DNA of 64,000 bases from Curvularia clavata (taxonomy: Eukaryota). The position numbers and the translations under genes were made by a program. Each line of letters opens with the position of its first letter. Positions within the stretch are counted from its first letter, which is position 1. Shown in pieces: positions 61,701 to 64,000 of the stretch. The stretch spans positions 3,844,001-3,908,000 of the forward strand of contig CP089274.1 of assembly GCA_023920165.1 (NCBI GenBank), in the 5' to 3' direction. Below the pieces are notes generated by a model. The model was not told the origin of the DNA. It was given only the letters and a program-made list of their open reading frames with translations, and searched no databases.

Positions 61701-63092
61701 CAATTGGCTTACAATAGTTCAAGATCGGCGACAACGAAGTACTCGCCACACTACGCGAACTACGGATATGAGCCGGTTGCTCATCGAGATCCAAAGGATA
61801 TTGAAAGTATCGCAGTCGGAGCAGACGATAAAGCCCGACTAATGCGCGAATTGCATAAAGAATTGAGCAGGAACATCGCTCATAGGAACCTCACGACGTC
61901 CAAAGCTGCGAATAAGCTAAGGATTGAGGGACCAACCTTTAAAAAGGGGGACAGAGTTTTCTTGTCACGACAAAACTTGAAAACTAAACGACCAAGCAAG
62001 AAATTGGACAATCTCCGATTAGGACCATTCGAAATCCTAGAGAAAATGGGACCCGTAAACTATAAACTACGGCTACCACCAGGCATGCGCATACACAACG
62101 TTTTTCACAAGAAACTGCTAGAACCTGCACCCCCAGAAGCCGAGCTAATGGACGATATCGAGCTCGAGGACGACGAATATACGGTCGAAGAAATCAAGGA
62201 CCTACAGAAAATAGGCGGTCAGTGGAAGTACTTGGTCAGGTGGGAAGGATGGCCAGATAGCCACAACACTTGGGAACCTGAAGGAAACTTGACGAACTGC
62301 AGGTCACTGGTACGCGAGTACCATCGGAAACATCCACGGAAGCGAGGGACGGACCCTCGAGGGAAAGGAAATAATCAAGTGAAAAAGGGTCGTAAGAAAC
62401 GTCAGCCTGTAACCAGCCCAAGTCAGTCGACAGTCCGGGTAGCGATGGTTCGGTTGTCGGATGGTCCGTACCAGGGGCGGAGCTCCCCTCGGCCTGCTCT
62501 TGCGCACGATCCTGAAGGCTCAAGATGGCATGATCTCGATCAGCAAATTCTCGCTCTCGCGCCTCAACCTCTAGGAGCTCGCGCCGAAGTCGCGCAGTCT
62601 CCATCGCAGCCTGAAGCTGGCGCTCCTCAGCACGAGCAATCTCGAGACGCTTTTGCCGCTTCTCAGCCTCGACCTTCTCCCACTCTTCCTCAGAAACAAA
62701 AAGGCTACACTCAGCGGAAACCGAAATACAACCAGCGCAGCGACCAGATGCTGTGTCCACGAAACAACGAAGATTCTTCTCTTCACAACGTTTACACCGA
62801 AAAGTCATCTCGCGGCCTTGTTCCCTTATACGGTCAGCGCGGGCCCGACGCTGAAGAGTCGAATTCTGGTTACGGACACGACGAGTTGGTTGAACCTTGG
62901 GCATGGTTAGGAAGGCATGGAGGAAGAAGCGCCTACGACACAACGGGCATACCTCGATACTTATCCAAGCCACCAGCGCCAAGCGACGCACGGGAAAACG
63001 ATAATCCAGGGTATCGGGACGATAACCCTAAGAGGGGGGATAATGTTACAAGTAACAAAGAAGGATCTCTCCTTGACGATGGCCGCAGGTAG
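58782..63092 (+). CDS. D pol (protease, RT, RNase H, integrase, chromodomain, long tail), made by -1 frameshift
   Basis: IVDSGA; YLDDVLVYS; ETDASD; HESREYGH..CVAC; ITDRD, TDGQTE; YTVEEI..YLVRWEGW..NTWEP; slippery A AAA AAC at 58782-58788. Confidence 0.94.
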   Translation, partial: KKLGCHQGQGHAGKGSPKTTLRRVHYTDDRPKELVTTVYVQGHKLQAIVDSGAARTMISPRVVEKYEIPYRSKKRPLQVISAEETPVAYGKGTIRLETELVTLEVSDTKSQMSISIMDLGETDLLIGYDWLDAHNPAIDWRNRTILSREPAKRVAGVRHEIRPTNQCTTRDGRFGKISPHKIARIYAKDPQQVGVIWLRRVVPKKDRPLPQEKPKDVLLDIPKEYRTNEFKELFEENEATDLAEHQDWDHEIILEDGAKLTPGGMYPISPEHDAELKEYLRKNLKKGFIRPGSGPMASPILFVKKPNGKWRLCVDYRRLNAVTRKNRYPLPLITELMDRLQGAKWFTKFDVREGFYRIRIKEGDEWKTAFKTKYGLFEYTVMPFGLTNAPATFQSVINNALHEYLGVFATAYLDDVLVYSKGTLEEHIEHVKKVLRKLKEYKLYLQPGKCEFHTQETEFLGFIISTEGVKMNPKKVQAVRDWKTPKTVKDVQSFLGLANYYRKFIKDYSKITAPLTEITKKEVGFRWKQEQQKAFDKLKQTFLEAPVLEMYDPQRPTRLETDASDYALGAVLSQQCPDGKWRPVFYHSRKFDEAELNYDVHDKELLGVVDAFEQWEVYLLGLPHTIEVFTDHQNLTSFMTTKKLNRRQVRYAEMLAQFDFKITHRAGSLNGAADALSRRSDLRGKGHKEPHDAVLKRMPDGSLRYNQPDLARLAKIAEQVETLQQQWQQKANEWVPLDGQKELNGLQNKGEPRNESRPYVPTHMRKDLIKELHESREYGHASIDEMVRRLNKAFYMPRLRAQVQEVVGNCVACHQNKPKRHKPYGLLQPLPPPTRPWSSVTMDFIVKLPKSLEPGSARLCDTILVIMCRQTKGAKFVPTEETITAEECAYEVSKALISEHGMPEEFITDRDKLFTSKYWSTFLAKLGVKKKLSTSFHPETDGQTERTNQTLEQYLRFYANKLQDNWVELLPTAQLAYNSSRSATTKYSPHYANYGYEPVAHRDPKDIESIAVGADDKARLMRELHKELSRNIAHRNLTTSKAANKLRIEGPTFKKGDRVFLSRQNLKTKRPSKKLDNLRLGPFEILEKMGPVNYKLRLPPGMRIHNVFHKKLLEPAPPEAELMDDIELEDDEYTVEEIKDLQKIGGQWKYLVRWEGWPDSHNTWEPEGNLTNCRSLVREYHRKHPRKRGTDPRGKGNNQVKKGRKKRQPVTSPSQSTVRVAMVRLSDGPYQGRSSPRPALAHDPEGSRWHDLDQQILALAPQPLGARAEVAQSPSQPEAGAPQHEQSRDAFAASQPRPSPTLPQKQKGYTQRKPKYNQRSDQMLCPRNNEDSSLHNVYTEKSSRGLVPLYGQRGPDAEESNSGYGHDELVEPWAWLGRHGGRSAYDTTGIPRYLSKPPAPSDARENDNPGYRDDNPKRGDNVTSNKEGSLLDDGRR
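62236..62904 (-). CDS. Antisense accessory gene of D: Zn(II)2Cys6 cluster, coiled coil, acidic/hydrophobic tail (222 aa)
   Basis: ATG at 62904 in ACCATG context; CKRCEEKNLRC-x8-CAGCISVSAEC fits C-x2-C-x6-C-x8-C-x2-C-x6-C; E/R/Q-rich heptads follow; homologous fossil genes sit at the same position in C1-C3. Confidence 0.8.
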   Translation of the reverse strand: MPKVQPTRRVRNQNSTLQRRARADRIREQGREMTFRCKRCEEKNLRCFVDTASGRCAGCISVSAECSLFVSEEEWEKVEAEKRQKRLEIARAEERQLQAAMETARLRRELLEVEAREREFADRDHAILSLQDRAQEQAEGSSAPGTDHPTTEPSLPGLSTDLGWLQADVSYDPFSLDYFLSLEGPSLASVDVSDGTRVPVTCSSSSFLQVPKCCGYLAILPT

Positions 63093-63550
63093 GAGACCAT
63101 TGGGCGACACGTCAGAAGGTAATGATCCCCGCGGAAGGGCGATCACATGACTGGCCTCAGGCCAAGACCGGGAAACCACGCTAGTATGTGAGGACACGCT
63201 CACACGTGACCAAAGTGACTTCAGGGACTTCAGAGAACACAGGGGTTATTCCGTGAGGACAGTGAGGACAGGACCGGAAGCAATGGGTATAAGAATGTGT
63301 TGGATTTCATTATTACACTCGTTGTGGTCAACTCAGCAAAGTATCTTTCATAGTTACCTTTCATACTCAGATTGATACTAGTTATTCTATCTTCCAATAG
63401 GATTGGTTTTGTCTATCTTCCGTTAATCCCTACCACCGAATCGCCAGACAACTACCTCACGGTATACTTCATAGAAACTGGCCTCGCCCTAACCCGGAAT
63501 CTAGGCTAGGTAAGTATATTCCCAACTAACCAGTAGGACCCCGTGTAACA
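63044..63550 (+). repeat. 3' LTR of D
   Basis: Same sequence as 56133-56639; followed by TSD CATTC. Confidence 0.94.
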
Positions 63551-64000
63551 CATTCCTCTTGTATTAATAGTCTTATGGCAGGGGATAGAGATGGCCTGCT
63601 TAGATAACCGGTCGATTACGACTATAATTATGTCGTAACTAGATTGGTTTTGGGGAAATTCCTTAAAGTCGATGTATAGGTACTGTATTAGCTGGTTAGA
63701 AATTGGTAAAGGATAAATTATCTCTAGAATTTGGGTCTATTTAGAATAGGTCTTCTTATAAGCTATATAATTCTGTATATACTTTTTATAGATAGATTTT
63801 ATATCCTTCTAGTAGTACTTCTAGGATAGTAGTTAGTAGGTCTTCTTTATACTGGGGTGCGCTAAGGATATCTAGTTATATACTTTCTAAATAAGGCGAG
63901 TTATAAAGGTAGAAGTGGAAGGAATGTATAGGCGGTTGGAATAGAGTAGAAGTCCGTTTTCGATCTAGTATCTGTCTGGAAGGGACCTTTACTCTGCCCT

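Larger units (their letters stand above)
56133..63550 (+). mobile_element. Intact Ty3/gypsy chromovirus family D
   Basis: 507-bp LTRs 56133-56639 and 63044-63550 identical by eye; TSD CATTC (56128-56132, 63551-63555); PPT agagggggga at 63031-63040. Confidence 0.96.
53583..64000 (-). mobile_element. Family B copy B3 (moderately RIP-mutated), interrupted by D, continuing off the right edge
   Basis: 3' LTR 53583-53853, antisense gene remnant ~54339-55006, integrase collinear with B1; resumes at 63556. Confidence 0.9.

Overview
Filamentous ascomycete genomic DNA: short GT-AG introns with CTRAC/CTAAC branch sites, a HET gene and strong RIP signatures; the class (possibly a Dothideomycete) cannot be fixed from this sequence. 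Bases 1-~21.3 kb are gene-rich: TFB2, a hotdog-fold thioesterase, TOF1, a 3-hydroxyacyl-CoA dehydrogenase, a HET-ankyrin gene, a patatin-NB-ARC-TPR NLR and a decayed SNF2-like helicase. From 21359 to the end is one nested transposon block. It holds pogo/Fot1-like elements, two Tc1-like elements with intact spliced DD34E transposases, and three families of Ty3/gypsy chromoviruses, called B, C and D here. B1 and D are intact with apparently identical LTRs; the other LTR-element copies are RIP-mutated. Main observation: every LTR-element copy whose 3' region is present carries a third gene antisense to gag-pol, next to the 3' LTR. In D and three C copies it encodes a Zn(II)2Cys6 + coiled-coil + acidic-tail protein; in B it is a spliced Cys-motif coiled-coil gene. 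The three C copies share pol and the TATA/R/U5 part of the LTR, but each has a different U3 paired with a different Zn-cluster gene. This suggests an exchangeable 'promoter + cognate transcription factor' cassette. All alignments and translations beyond the ORF track were done by eye.
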